From Patescibacteria group bacterium (GTDB taxonomy: Bacteria > Patescibacteriota > Patescibacteriia > 2-12-FULL-57-11), in NCBI GenBank assembly GCA_004297205.1, contig SCUL01000002.1, positions 722,893-786,892 of the forward strand: DNA of 64,000 nucleotides. The letters are read 5' to 3'. The translations under genes were made by a program, and so were the position numbers. The notes below the pieces were generated by a model. It saw nothing but the letters and a program-made list of their open reading frames with translations, ran no database searches and had not been told where the DNA came from. Below, piece by piece: positions 38,552 to 48,268 of the stretch. Numbering within the stretch: the first letter of the stretch is position 1; the number at the start of each line of letters is the position of its first letter.

Positions 38552-40843
38552 ATGCGTGCGATCAGTGTCATTACGTTCTCGTTTGTTGTCGTTGGTTGTG
38601 TCACGGAGGAGGGACGCGGTGGAGCGCTCACCTCGATCACGAGTGACGATGCAGGAGTGTCCGAACACCCGCTGCTCCTCCTGCCGTTCCCGAACCGGAC
38701 CGCGTACCAGTGTGTCCAGGGAGCCGGAGGTTCCTATAGCCACTCTGGTCGGTCGACCCGGTACGATCTCGACTTCGATACTCCCAATGACAGGAACGAG
38801 GTCGTCGTCGCACCGGCAAGCGGGGTTGCCTACATCCACCGTTCCACGGTCGGATTCGGCAATCACGTCAACATCGACATCGGCGGCAACCTGTTCACGG
38901 TCGCGGCCCACCTCCGGAGTTTCCTCGTCGAGGATGGTCAGGAGGTGCTCGTCGGTCAGCCGATCGGGATCGAAGGTACGACCGGCAACTCGATGGGGGA
39001 CCACATCCACTTCGGACTCCACCGCGGTGACCCGAGGGAAGATGCGGCCCTGAGCGATTCGATCCCCGCCGAGAGGATCGTCGCGCGGGATACGTTCGGG
39101 AGCGGCGGGTTCCGCGAATTCCGTTCAGCGGACTTCATCTGTGACCTCGATTGGGGCCACTCGTACGAGTCCAACAACGGAGTGACGCGGCACCCGGTCG
39201 GGACGCTGATCAAGGAGCATGGCCGTCCGGAGATCTATCTCGTCTGCGCGGACGGGGCGATCTGCTGGATCACGAGCGAGGACAACTTCCTCTCGCGGAG
39301 GTTGTACTACTCGCACACCGACCAGTGGGCGCGCGTCGTCGAAGTCAGCCGCGAGGAGATCGACTGCTACGATCGTGGACCGGACTTGGACTACCCTGTG
39401 ACCATGCGGTTCCGGAGGTGCCGGGTTTCCGCATGGTCAAGCGAACGCGCGGTGTACCTCGCCGTCGACGACCGGGGCAACCGCTTCCGCCGGCGCGTTC
39501 CTGTCCCTGAGGGGACCGAGGAGTTCGTTGCCCTCCTTCGATCCTGGGGATTCTCCCCGGTCGAAATCGAAGAGGGGGGAGAGGCCTGCTCCTACGCCGA
39601 GGGAGAGACGCTGTACCTGCGTGACGGGACCGTCGTGCAGGAGGCGTCCGATCCGCGTTTCCGGATCATCTCCAACGACGGTCTGGCATACCGACTCGAT
39701 CCGTTGGATGCCTGGTCGATGCGTTTCCTGCCGCGTCATGTCCTGCAGGCACCGGACGGTGCAACCACTCTGTTGATCCAAGGCGTCGATCCCGACCACC
39801 GCTGGTGGACGAGGGAAGACTCAACGGCATGCCGGACGCCGAGTCCGCCCGGAACCCCGGGCGGCGGCGGAACGGGGGGCGACGGCTCCGATGCCGGCCC
39901 GCTGCCTATGCCCGACGCGGGGGTGCCCTCCGCGCCGGATGCCGGCACCGTCTGCACGCCGCGCGCCGAGACCTGCAACGGCCTCGACGACGACTGCGAC
40001 GGGAGCATCGACGAGGGTGACGCGTGCCGCGTCTGCGTCGCCGGGAGCGAACGCTCCTGCGTGACGTCGTGCGGCTCCGCCAGCGTCCAGGTCTGCTTCT
40101 CGGACGGTTCCGGTTGGAATCCCTGCCGCATCCCGGCGGAGACCTGCGGCAACGGCCGGGATGACAACTGCGACGGATACGTCGACGACGGCTGCTGCAG
40201 GCCCTCCACGGAGACCTGCGACGGCCGCGACAACGACTGCGACGGCGTCATCGACAACGGTGGCGTCTGCGCTCCGCCGCCCGCCTGCGTGGGCGGAAGC
40301 GACCGCGTCTGTACCACGTCCTGCGGATCGACCGGTTCGCAGCGCTGCTACAGCGACGGACACGGCTGGGCGTCGTGCCGGCCGCCGGACGAGATCTGCA
40401 ACGGTCTCGACGACGACTGCGACGGTCTCCGCGACGAAGTCTGCGCTCCGCCGCCGACGCCCGATGCGGGGCCGCCGTCCGTACCGGACGCGGGTCCCGC
40501 CTCGTGCGGACACGCGGTGCGGGTGCGCTTCTCGGCGTACGCCGGATCGTGGAGCTTCGGCTCCGGCTTCGGCACGCCGCACCCCTCCTACGAGGCGGTG
40601 GCGGGTGCCGTCGACCGGCTGTGGAGCTGTGCCGCCCCCGGTTGGCTGCTCCTGAACGGCAGCTTCCCGGGCGGCGCCTGGATGTGCGGCGAGTGGCCGG
40701 CGGGCACCTTCCAGGTGCCGTACGGCCTGCCGGAAGTCACGGTCGACGGGATTCCGGCCACCGTCACGCCCTGGCACAACCCGGAGATCCCGGGCGGGAT
40801 CGGCTGCGACCTGCGCGTCTGCGTGGGCGGCGGCTGCCCCTAG
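38552..40843 (+). CDS. M23 family peptidase lipoprotein with MopE-like Cys-rich repeats
   Basis: Lipobox VVVGCVT. LytM/M23 motifs HVNIDIGG...GTTGNSMGDHIHFGLH. Four CxGxDDDCDGxxDE repeats each followed by CxTSCGSxxxQxCxxDGxGW. AAGGAG RBS. Confidence 0.75.
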   Translation: MRAISVITFSFVVVGCVTEEGRGGALTSITSDDAGVSEHPLLLLPFPNRTAYQCVQGAGGSYSHSGRSTRYDLDFDTPNDRNEVVVAPASGVAYIHRSTVGFGNHVNIDIGGNLFTVAAHLRSFLVEDGQEVLVGQPIGIEGTTGNSMGDHIHFGLHRGDPREDAALSDSIPAERIVARDTFGSGGFREFRSADFICDLDWGHSYESNNGVTRHPVGTLIKEHGRPEIYLVCADGAICWITSEDNFLSRRLYYSHTDQWARVVEVSREEIDCYDRGPDLDYPVTMRFRRCRVSAWSSERAVYLAVDDRGNRFRRRVPVPEGTEEFVALLRSWGFSPVEIEEGGEACSYAEGETLYLRDGTVVQEASDPRFRIISNDGLAYRLDPLDAWSMRFLPRHVLQAPDGATTLLIQGVDPDHRWWTREDSTACRTPSPPGTPGGGGTGGDGSDAGPLPMPDAGVPSAPDAGTVCTPRAETCNGLDDDCDGSIDEGDACRVCVAGSERSCVTSCGSASVQVCFSDGSGWNPCRIPAETCGNGRDDNCDGYVDDGCCRPSTETCDGRDNDCDGVIDNGGVCAPPPACVGGSDRVCTTSCGSTGSQRCYSDGHGWASCRPPDEICNGLDDDCDGLRDEVCAPPPTPDAGPPSVPDAGPASCGHAVRVRFSAYAGSWSFGSGFGTPHPSYEAVAGAVDRLWSCAAPGWLLLNGSFPGGAWMCGEWPAGTFQVPYGLPEVTVDGIPATVTPWHNPEIPGGIGCDLRVCVGGGCP

Positions 40844-40847
40844 GCAA

Positions 40848-40896
40848 GGCCCGTATCACCGCGCTCCGCGCGGCTGGTACGGGCCTCTTTTCTTTT
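40848..40896 (+). terminator. rho-independent terminator
   Basis: GGCCCGTA...TACGGGCC stem followed by TCTTTTCTTTT. Confidence 0.6.
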
Positions 40897-40923
40897 GTAT
40901 ACTGCGAGCGTTGCATAAAGCCC

Positions 40924-43626
40924 ATGCGGAACGCATTTTCCCGTTTCATTGCCGCATTCCCGGGCCGGAGATTGGCGCTGCCAGTCGCGTTGTTGGTATT
41001 CGTCGGCGTGTTCGGACTGGCCGGCCACGTCCATGCGGAAGGGCCGCTCTCCGGGATCGAACTTGCCATCGCCAACATCATCGGCAGCATCGCCGTGTTG
41101 TTCGGCTGGGCGATGACGCAGATCCTCCTGTTCCTGACGGAGTTTTTGGTGGCCGTGGCCGGCTACAACGAGTTCGCCACCGCCGACGCCGTGGACCGCG
41201 GTTGGGTGATCGTGCGCGACCTCACGAACATGTTCTTCATCCTGGTGATGCTGATCATCGCCTTCGGCACGATCCTGGGGGTGGAGGAGTACAGCTACAA
41301 GCGCATGCTGCCCCGGCTCTTGATCATGGCCGTGGTCATCAACTTCTCCAAAGTCATTTGCGGTCTGCTGATCGATTTTTCGCAGGTCGTGATGCTGACC
41401 TTCGTGAACGGATTCTCCGCCATCGCCGGCGGCAACTTCGTCCGGATGTTCCAGGTTTCCGGCGCGTGGAACATGATCAACACGAGCAATGACGCATTGC
41501 TTGCCTCCGAAGCGAGTTTCACATGGGCAACGGTCGGCTCCCTGGTGTTGGGCGGCGTGCTGATGATGGTCGCGGCCGTGGCCGTCTTCATCATGACCCT
41601 GATGCTGGTCGGACGCATCGTCATGTTGTGGCTCCTGATCGTGATGTCGCCGCTGGCATTTTTCCTCTCCGCGTTTCCCAAAGGGAAAGCAGCGGAAATG
41701 TACGGCAAATGGTGGGGGATGTTCGGCAACTACGTGATCATCGGGCCGTTCATCGCCTTCTTTCTGTGGTTATCCCTGGCCGTGGCCGGATCCGGCGAGA
41801 TCGCCAGCTCCATGCAGATCGTCCGCGAAGGCGCGGGTGGCGCGGGGACCTCGTTGTTCGTCTCCGACCTCGGCGGCCAGCAGCAGTTCTACTCTTTCGT
41901 CATTGCTATCGCGCTTTTGATGGGCGGCATGTCCATGTCCGCGCAGTTCGGCGTGATGGGCGGCAGCATGATGTCCGGCGCGGCCAGCTACATCCAGAAC
42001 AAAGGCGTCGGCGCCGTGAAGGGGACGGGACGCCTCATCGGCCGGACGGCGCGGCTCGGTGATTCGTGGGTCGCGACGAAGACCGGAGGCGTCAGCGTCG
42101 CTTCGGTCCTTTCGATTCCGCGCCGTCTTGGTGAAGGCACGGAGGCTCGCATCAAGGACAACTACGAGAAAGGAAAGAAGGAAGCGCTCTTGGGTTTGCG
42201 CGAGGGCGGCATCAAGGGCCGCATCCAGGGCTTCGTAGGCGCCTCCGACGAGGTGGCACGGAAAACGGGCATCATTCAGTTCGCCGGCGGAGCCGTCGCC
42301 GCGACGGCACGCGCCATTCCGCAATGGGTGAAGAGGGAAGGATCGAACCGCAGCACCTATCTTCAAAAAGCGGAGGAGGCGCAAAAAGAGGCAGACACCG
42401 AGAAATCCAACAAGGAGGCGGCGGAGCGGGAGAAGGCGGCTGCGGAGGAAACGCTCAAAACGAAGCGCGCTGAGATGGATCGTCTGGACAGCGTCGATGT
42501 CCGTCCGCGGGATTTTGCCCAGCTTCAGTCGTTGCGTGACAGCGCCGAGAAGGCTGGTATGGCGAACCAAGTCTCGGCGTTGGACACCATCATCAACAAG
42601 GGGCGGACCGGGGCGGCGGTTACAGGTGGAGACATTGAGACCTTGCAGGGGACGGGCGTGGGCGGGCCGCTCATGAACCGTTTGGTCGAACAGGCAGAGA
42701 GCAAGCGTCGCTCGCTCGGCGCCACGTACGACGCAAAACGCGCGGAGATCGCGGCTGCCGCAGGGGCCGTTGCCACTGCGGAAGCGAACTTCAATTCGTC
42801 GTCGAGCGCGGAGGCGGCCGCAAAGGCCCGTGTCGAGAAGTGGACGAAGAGTGCGGACAAGACCGGCGTTTCCGGTTTCGGTCCGGAAGTGCCCAAGCAT
42901 GCCATGGATGCCACGGTCACCTCGGCGATGCTCGACGAGGCGCTCAAGGCCAAGGACTACACCTTGGCGCAGCAGCTCGTGGTTAAACTGGGTGAAGACG
43001 GTGAACTCGCCGAGGCCTTGAAGATGCGCAAGCATGGTGAAGGCCTGGAAGGCGTTAAAGCCTTCGCCAAGGAGCTCCAAGGCAAGGGCATGAGCCACAG
43101 CTCGACTATGACTGCGCTGTCCGAAGTCGACTCCAAGTACAAGGCCAAGGGCAATACGGAATATTCCGGCATGATCAAGGGTGGTCCGGGCGGTCGGCTG
43201 CGCTTCGTCAACAACGACGGCGACAGTCTTGAGTATGGGGCGGGCCGTCTCAAGTCCGGCAGCAAGGGGAGCATGGAAAGCAAGCTCCGGGAGGCCAACA
43301 AAACGTCGTTGTTCCAGGTGTCCGACGCAAAAGGCGGCAAGGTCATCGACGCAGCAGGCGCGGCGCTCATCGCCCAGAGCATCGGTGCCATCGTCAAAAC
43401 GGTGGAGAGCAACCGCATGTCCGGCGACATGATGCGCATGTTCGTCGATAAACAGAAGGAAGTCTTGCAGGCCGTTCAGGATGCCGGCATTGCTGCCAGT
43501 GACAAGCGGTTCGAGCAGCTCAAGGACGCCATCGGCAAGATGACGGAACAGATGAAGAGCGTGCCGCCGGACGTCGGCGACGCCATCCGCAAGGTCTACG
43601 CCGCCAAGAAAGCACGCGGCGCATAA
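40924..43626 (+). CDS. VirB6/TrbL-like multi-TM protein with long Ala/Lys/Glu-rich C-terminal extension
   Basis: Signal peptide, then about 8 TM helices with a TrbL-like organisation (aa 1-350), then a roughly 550-aa hydrophilic coiled-coil-like tail. Start moved to ATG 40924; the upstream extension overlaps the M23 gene and terminator. Confidence 0.65.
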   Translation: MRNAFSRFIAAFPGRRLALPVALLVFVGVFGLAGHVHAEGPLSGIELAIANIIGSIAVLFGWAMTQILLFLTEFLVAVAGYNEFATADAVDRGWVIVRDLTNMFFILVMLIIAFGTILGVEEYSYKRMLPRLLIMAVVINFSKVICGLLIDFSQVVMLTFVNGFSAIAGGNFVRMFQVSGAWNMINTSNDALLASEASFTWATVGSLVLGGVLMMVAAVAVFIMTLMLVGRIVMLWLLIVMSPLAFFLSAFPKGKAAEMYGKWWGMFGNYVIIGPFIAFFLWLSLAVAGSGEIASSMQIVREGAGGAGTSLFVSDLGGQQQFYSFVIAIALLMGGMSMSAQFGVMGGSMMSGAASYIQNKGVGAVKGTGRLIGRTARLGDSWVATKTGGVSVASVLSIPRRLGEGTEARIKDNYEKGKKEALLGLREGGIKGRIQGFVGASDEVARKTGIIQFAGGAVAATARAIPQWVKREGSNRSTYLQKAEEAQKEADTEKSNKEAAEREKAAAEETLKTKRAEMDRLDSVDVRPRDFAQLQSLRDSAEKAGMANQVSALDTIINKGRTGAAVTGGDIETLQGTGVGGPLMNRLVEQAESKRRSLGATYDAKRAEIAAAAGAVATAEANFNSSSSAEAAAKARVEKWTKSADKTGVSGFGPEVPKHAMDATVTSAMLDEALKAKDYTLAQQLVVKLGEDGELAEALKMRKHGEGLEGVKAFAKELQGKGMSHSSTMTALSEVDSKYKAKGNTEYSGMIKGGPGGRLRFVNNDGDSLEYGAGRLKSGSKGSMESKLREANKTSLFQVSDAKGGKVIDAAGAALIAQSIGAIVKTVESNRMSGDMMRMFVDKQKEVLQAVQDAGIAASDKRFEQLKDAIGKMTEQMKSVPPDVGDAIRKVYAAKKARGA

Positions 43627-43632
43627 CGCGAT

Positions 43633-44934
43633 ATGGCTTACACCTTCGACATCGACAACCAGCCGACGCTCAACGAGCTTTCCGCCTCGGTGCGTTATGC
43701 CGTGCAGACCAGGAACCGCAAAGGTGCGGACGAGTTCTGCGCCTTCTACGAGCAGTTCCTGCGCGAGAATCCCAAGTTCCGCACGGAGTCGCCACAATTC
43801 GCCGGTGCCTACGACGTGCTCTACGACCAGGCCCGCTGGGTGGCGCTGCCGCATCTGGCCGAGGAGAACGACGTCGTCCAGCTGTTCGAGCAGAAGGTGA
43901 ATGCGTTGAAATTGCAGCCGGAGGGATACGACCTCAAGGACTTGTTCCGTGAGCGGCTGTTGATCACTCCTCTCGAGCAGCGCAACGCCTTCAAGGCCCG
44001 CATCCGCGACGCCCTGCTGCGCAATAAGGAGCAGCTCACCAAACCGTTCCCGGCCATGGGCAGCACGGTGGAGCGGGCCGGTACGGTGTCGAACTGGGTC
44101 ACGGAGTATCTTTCCGTCGTCCGCGACGCCAAGAACGACGCCTTGCTTCAGGCGCGCTTCTTCAACGAGCATCCCGGTTTCCGCACCCTGCTGCCGGACG
44201 AACAGGCCGTTCTCAAAAACATTTTCGGCGTGTTGGAGATGACGCGGCTCGATTCCACCAAAGTGGAAGGCTTCGAGGGGTCGAAGCTCGTCGAGTTGGA
44301 CGGCAAGCTCATGGAATACGACGGCGGCGGATTCTCCGAAGTCGGGCGCGATCTGATGGAAGAGCTCAACAAGCTGCCCGCCTCCTACCGCCCGCCGACG
44401 CAGAAGGAAAAATTGCGCGACCGTTTCAACGATCCGGAACCCGAGCGCCTCGCGATCGCCGCGTCCATGGAGGCGCTGCGCGCCGAGGCCGGTTCCAATC
44501 CGCAGAAGCTGCGCGAACTGCTGGCGCGGGACCTCACGGTTCGGACGGGACAAGCCAAACCCAACGTGCCGCGCGCCGCCGCGGCGCTCCGGCTCTACGC
44601 CGCCGTCCACGACTTCAAGACGCTGCTCGCCGAACGCGCCCTGAACGACCTAATTCGGGCCTTCCTCGAAAAAGAAAAGCGCACCGTGGACCTCGACAGC
44701 TTCAAGGTGTTTCCGCAGGCGCCGCAGTTCCTGAAACTCTTCCTGCAGGTGGTCTTCGAGGACGCGCTTGGCCTGCCGGAAGCGGAAGCGGCGCGCCAGG
44801 CGCTGCAGGTGGCCAACGTGGCCCGCGAGCGGGGAGACGGCGCGCTCATGGACGTCGCTTTCTACGACGAGGAAGACGATGCCTTCCACTGGACCGTGCC
44901 GCTGCGCAAACCGGCCGCCGTCACTGTCCGATAA
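43633..44934 (+). CDS. hypothetical cytoplasmic protein
   Basis: 433 aa, no TM, no family recognised. Begins 7 nt after the VirB6-like stop. Confidence 0.45.
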   Translation: MAYTFDIDNQPTLNELSASVRYAVQTRNRKGADEFCAFYEQFLRENPKFRTESPQFAGAYDVLYDQARWVALPHLAEENDVVQLFEQKVNALKLQPEGYDLKDLFRERLLITPLEQRNAFKARIRDALLRNKEQLTKPFPAMGSTVERAGTVSNWVTEYLSVVRDAKNDALLQARFFNEHPGFRTLLPDEQAVLKNIFGVLEMTRLDSTKVEGFEGSKLVELDGKLMEYDGGGFSEVGRDLMEELNKLPASYRPPTQKEKLRDRFNDPEPERLAIAASMEALRAEAGSNPQKLRELLARDLTVRTGQAKPNVPRAAAALRLYAAVHDFKTLLAERALNDLIRAFLEKEKRTVDLDSFKVFPQAPQFLKLFLQVVFEDALGLPEAEAARQALQVANVARERGDGALMDVAFYDEEDDAFHWTVPLRKPAAVTVR

Positions 44935-44994
44935 AAAAAGAACGCCGGCAGCCGTGGGATGAAACTCCACGACTGCCGGCTCCGGCCCCTTGAG

Positions 44995-45483
44995 CTACCG
45001 CCGCATCTCCCTGATCGTGGCATTCGCGACGAGGAGGAGGATGACGACGAGCGGGATGGGCAGGATGATCGCCCAGCCGATGACGGGGAACCCGTTGTCG
45101 ATGAACCACTGGCCGAGCATCTCCATGAACGGAAACGTCATGAGGATGCCGGACAGCGTGATGAGGCCGAACGCCAGCATCACGCCGACCATGAAGGTCC
45201 AGACGGCTCCGCCGACGATCCACTTGTTGAACCACTTGCCGAATCCGGCGGTGGCGCACGCGGGGCAGGAGCGCCCCTCGTGCCAGCCGTGGCGGCTGCA
45301 CTTGCGGCAGCCGCGGGCGCACTTGCCGTCCTTGCGCCGGGCCTTGCAGCCCGGGCAGTCCGAGAACTGCGCGTTGTAGCCGTACACGCACCAGCGCTGC
45401 GTCGTCCCCGGGGGGACGAACACCGGCACGGTGCCGTGATTTCCGCCGCAGTTGCAGCGGGCATACTCGACGATGTCAGCCAT
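44995..45483 (-). CDS. zinc-ribbon membrane protein (hypothetical)
   Basis: N-terminal CxxC...CxxC...CxxC clusters, then 2 TM. AAGGAG RBS before the ATG at 45483. Confidence 0.45.
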   Translation of the reverse strand: MADIVEYARCNCGGNHGTVPVFVPPGTTQRWCVYGYNAQFSDCPGCKARRKDGKCARGCRKCSRHGWHEGRSCPACATAGFGKWFNKWIVGGAVWTFMVGVMLAFGLITLSGILMTFPFMEMLGQWFIDNGFPVIGWAIILPIPLVVILLLVANATIREMRR

Positions 45484-45602
45484 CGAAATGCTCCTTGCCG
45501 CGGTGCGGCGTCCAGACACGCTCCTGGCAGAATGAGGCGAATTCCTCCTTCTTCCAAGAACGCGCTACCATACTATAAATACGGGGTTTTGTCAAGGGGG
45601 AT

Positions 45603-47027
45603 ATGGCAGAAAACGGCCAAAAACAAGCCAAAAACGATGATGTCGTGATTCCGGTCAAATCCGGTGATCACGTCAGCCTGGTTTCCTTGGGAAACAAGGC
45701 TTTGGCGAAGTCCGTGCCGGCTGCAGCAGGGGACGTAGACAAGGCCGTCTCCCTGCTCGTCCATCCGGACTGGGATGAGGAAAAACGCGCCCGGCTGAAA
45801 CAGCTCGCGCTGTCCTTTTTTTCCGACGTCCGTGACCGCCTGGAACTGCGGGAGGACCTGCAATCGGCCTGGGAGCGGGGCGGCTTGGGCGTTGATGCCG
45901 ACGAGGCGGGGTATATGGTCGGCGTGCTTGGTGCGGTGCGCGACGGGGGATCTCTTCCGGTGCGCCCGGCATCGAAGGTTTCCATGATGCAGCAGCCTTC
46001 CGTGACGACGGCACCGGCCGCGCCTGCCATTGGAGTGAATATTGCCCCTTCAGCCCCAGCGCAGAAAGCGCCGGCTCCCGCCGCTCCGGCACAGATGGTG
46101 GTTGCCCGCTCCGAATTCGCTGGCAAGCGACGCGAGGAGATTTTTGCGGTGCTGGCCAAAGAGATCGTCGACGAGGTCAAACCGCAGCTGGCCGATCCGG
46201 CATTGCATTCCCGGCTGGAAGCGCTGATCGCCACGCGGTTCCGCGGCGTCCGGGATGCCAATGAGGTGCGCGCCCACATGAAGCGCGACGCGGCGCAGGG
46301 CGGCCTCAGCATGACGCCGGCAGAGATCGAGCGTGTCATGACCGTGGTCGAGGACCGCTTCGCCAAAATTTCGAAGGAGCTCCACGCCCAGGAGAAGGGA
46401 TTGGTGATGGAGGGGCTCAAACAGGAGTCCTCCGCCGGCCGCGCCCAGAAGCAGGGGGCGAGCAGCGATCTTCGGGAGTACGAATCCAATCAATGGTACG
46501 AGAAGCGTTTCGAGCGCCAGCCGCAGACGCCGCCTCCGCCCGCACCCAAAGCGCCGCCGGTGCAGGCACCCCCTCCCGCTCCCCCTTCTGCAAGCCTGCC
46601 TGCCGGCAGGCAGGGGGGAGGGAAGCCGCCTGCGGAAGTCGCGGTCGCCGCGCCGCCGGTGCAGGCACCCCGGCCGACCATGCAGGACGCCGAATACCGT
46701 CCCCGGCTGCTCGGCCCCGTTGAGGAGCTCCGCAGCATGACGCTCGACGACTTCCGACGCCTGGCGCGCGATCCTAAGGAAGCGGCGCGCCGCATCCAGG
46801 ATAAAATCCGGCTGCTCGAGGAGGAGGACTACACCCAGCGCGCTGCGGCCATCGCCGCCTGGCGGGGGTCCGTGCCGGTCAAAACGTATCTGGCCGTCAC
46901 GCGCACCATGTTCGACCAGGGAATCGGTCCGGAACAGGCCGTTGCGGCGCAAGGTACGGGCCCGGACGCGCTGACGCTCGAGGAATACAATGCTATAATG
47001 GAGTTGCAGAATTCCTTGAGATACTAG
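45603..47027 (+). CDS. hypothetical protein with Pro/Ala-rich low-complexity region; contains the 20-nt palindrome in-frame
   Basis: 474 aa. PPPPAPKAPPVQAPPPAPPSASLPAGRQGGGKPPAEVAVAAPPVQAPRP. The CCTGCCTGCCGGCAGGCAGG palindrome at 46595-46614 encodes LPAGRQ. Confidence 0.45.
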   Translation: MAENGQKQAKNDDVVIPVKSGDHVSLVSLGNKALAKSVPAAAGDVDKAVSLLVHPDWDEEKRARLKQLALSFFSDVRDRLELREDLQSAWERGGLGVDADEAGYMVGVLGAVRDGGSLPVRPASKVSMMQQPSVTTAPAAPAIGVNIAPSAPAQKAPAPAAPAQMVVARSEFAGKRREEIFAVLAKEIVDEVKPQLADPALHSRLEALIATRFRGVRDANEVRAHMKRDAAQGGLSMTPAEIERVMTVVEDRFAKISKELHAQEKGLVMEGLKQESSAGRAQKQGASSDLREYESNQWYEKRFERQPQTPPPPAPKAPPVQAPPPAPPSASLPAGRQGGGKPPAEVAVAAPPVQAPRPTMQDAEYRPRLLGPVEELRSMTLDDFRRLARDPKEAARRIQDKIRLLEEEDYTQRAAAIAAWRGSVPVKTYLAVTRTMFDQGIGPEQAVAAQGTGPDALTLEEYNAIMELQNSLRY

Positions 47028-47459
47028 ATGCCAGGACAGTACACGGTGCCGCAATTCATCGACGTCGAGGACAAGATTCTGGGTCCGCTGACGACCCGGC
47101 AGTTCGTGATCATCCTCGGCACCTTCGGCGTCGATTTCCTCCTGTACCGGCTGCTGCAATTCGGTTTCTTCCTGCTGATCGGCCTGCCGGTCTTCCTGGC
47201 GGGGATCACGCTGGCCTTTGCGCGCGTCAACGGGCAGCCGTTCCACTTTTTCCTGCTGAATCTGATTCAGACCTACCGCCGTCCGGACGTCCGCGTTTGG
47301 AACAAAGAGCTCTCCGAGGCGGAATTGCGGATGCTCATCAGCCGCCCGCCGCCGCCCGCGCCGCCCGTCAAAGTCCGCAAAGAAGCCCTTACCACCTCGA
47401 AGCTTTCCGAGCTCTCGCTCGTCGTGAACACGGGCGGCGTCTACCGCCCGGAAGACTAG
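47028..47459 (+). CDS. PrgI/VirB3-like small membrane protein
   Basis: YTVPQFIDVEDKILGPLTTRQFVIILG followed by two TM helices matches the PrgI family N-terminal pattern. The ATG abuts the upstream stop. Confidence 0.55.
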   Translation: MPGQYTVPQFIDVEDKILGPLTTRQFVIILGTFGVDFLLYRLLQFGFFLLIGLPVFLAGITLAFARVNGQPFHFFLLNLIQTYRRPDVRVWNKELSEAELRMLISRPPPPAPPVKVRKEALTTSKLSELSLVVNTGGVYRPED

Positions 47460-47592
47460 AACGTCCGCGTATGGCGCATTTCATCGTTAGCAGCTGCGGT
47501 GCTCCCTCAACGTACGCTTTGGTACGTTTCGGTTCGCTCCTCGCTGCTGCCTCGAACTGCGCGCATACCCGGCCGTTCTAGAATCGACTGAT

Positions 47593-48267
47593 ATGGCCAG
47601 CAAAGCCGCCAGCGCAAAGCGTCCCAGCACCCAGCAGTTTTTGGACATCGCCGAAATCAAGGAGGACGTCGTCATCATGAAGGACGGCACGCTCCGGGCG
47701 GTGCTGTTGTGTTCGTCCGTCAACTTCGCCCTGAAGTCGGAAGAGGAGCAGGAGGCCATCATCTCCGCCTACGTCGGCTTCCTGAACGCGCTCGAATACC
47801 CGCTCCAGATCGTGGTGCAGAGCCGGAAGCTGAACGTCGAGGAATACCTGAACCGTCTGTCCGAGGCGCAGCGTACCCAGACTAACGAACTGTTGAAGGC
47901 GCAGATCGCCGACTACCGGCAGTTCGTGTTCGAGCTGATTTCGCTCGGGCAGATCATGAGCAAGCGTTTCTACGTCGTGATTCCGTACGATCCCATGACC
48001 AACAAGCGCAAGGGGTTCTTCGCCCGGATGCGGGAAACGCTCGTGCCGGCGCTCTCGTTGCGGCTGCGCGAAGAGCAGTTCCGCCAGCGGCGCAAGGATT
48101 TGCTGTTGCGCGTCGACAGCGTCGCCTCGAATCTCGGCTCCATGAGCGTCTCCGCCGCCGTGCTCGACACCCAATCGTTGATCGAACTCTATTACACCGC
48201 CTACAACCCGGACGTCGCCGATTCGGAGAAGCTGACCGACGTCGGCAAAATGCGCATCGAAGCCTGA
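47593..48267 (+). CDS. virB4: VirB4/TraC-type N-terminal domain protein (split VirB4, part 1)
   Basis: QQFLDIAEIKEDVVIMKDGTLRAVLLCSSVNFALKSEEEQE matches the VirB4 N-terminal consensus. Stop TGA is 1 nt before the ATG of the ATPase ORF. Confidence 0.6.
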   Translation: MASKAASAKRPSTQQFLDIAEIKEDVVIMKDGTLRAVLLCSSVNFALKSEEEQEAIISAYVGFLNALEYPLQIVVQSRKLNVEEYLNRLSEAQRTQTNELLKAQIADYRQFVFELISLGQIMSKRFYVVIPYDPMTNKRKGFFARMRETLVPALSLRLREEQFRQRRKDLLLRVDSVASNLGSMSVSAAVLDTQSLIELYYTAYNPDVADSEKLTDVGKMRIEA

Positions 48268-48268
48268 T

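Noticed and set aside
40375-40923. Upstream 183-codon extension of the VirB6-like ORF
   Set aside because: It overlaps the 3' third of the M23 peptidase gene and a clear terminator. A signal peptide begins at the internal ATG 40924.
41770-44610. 946-aa minus-strand ORF
   Set aside because: Antisense to the VirB6-like gene and the following hypothetical gene. No motifs.
47473-47586. 37-codon ORF (MAHFIVSSCGAPSTYALVRF...) in the 133-nt spacer before the VirB4 N-domain gene
   Set aside because: Too short and featureless to call. No RBS evident. Noted only because the spacer is longer than the cluster average.
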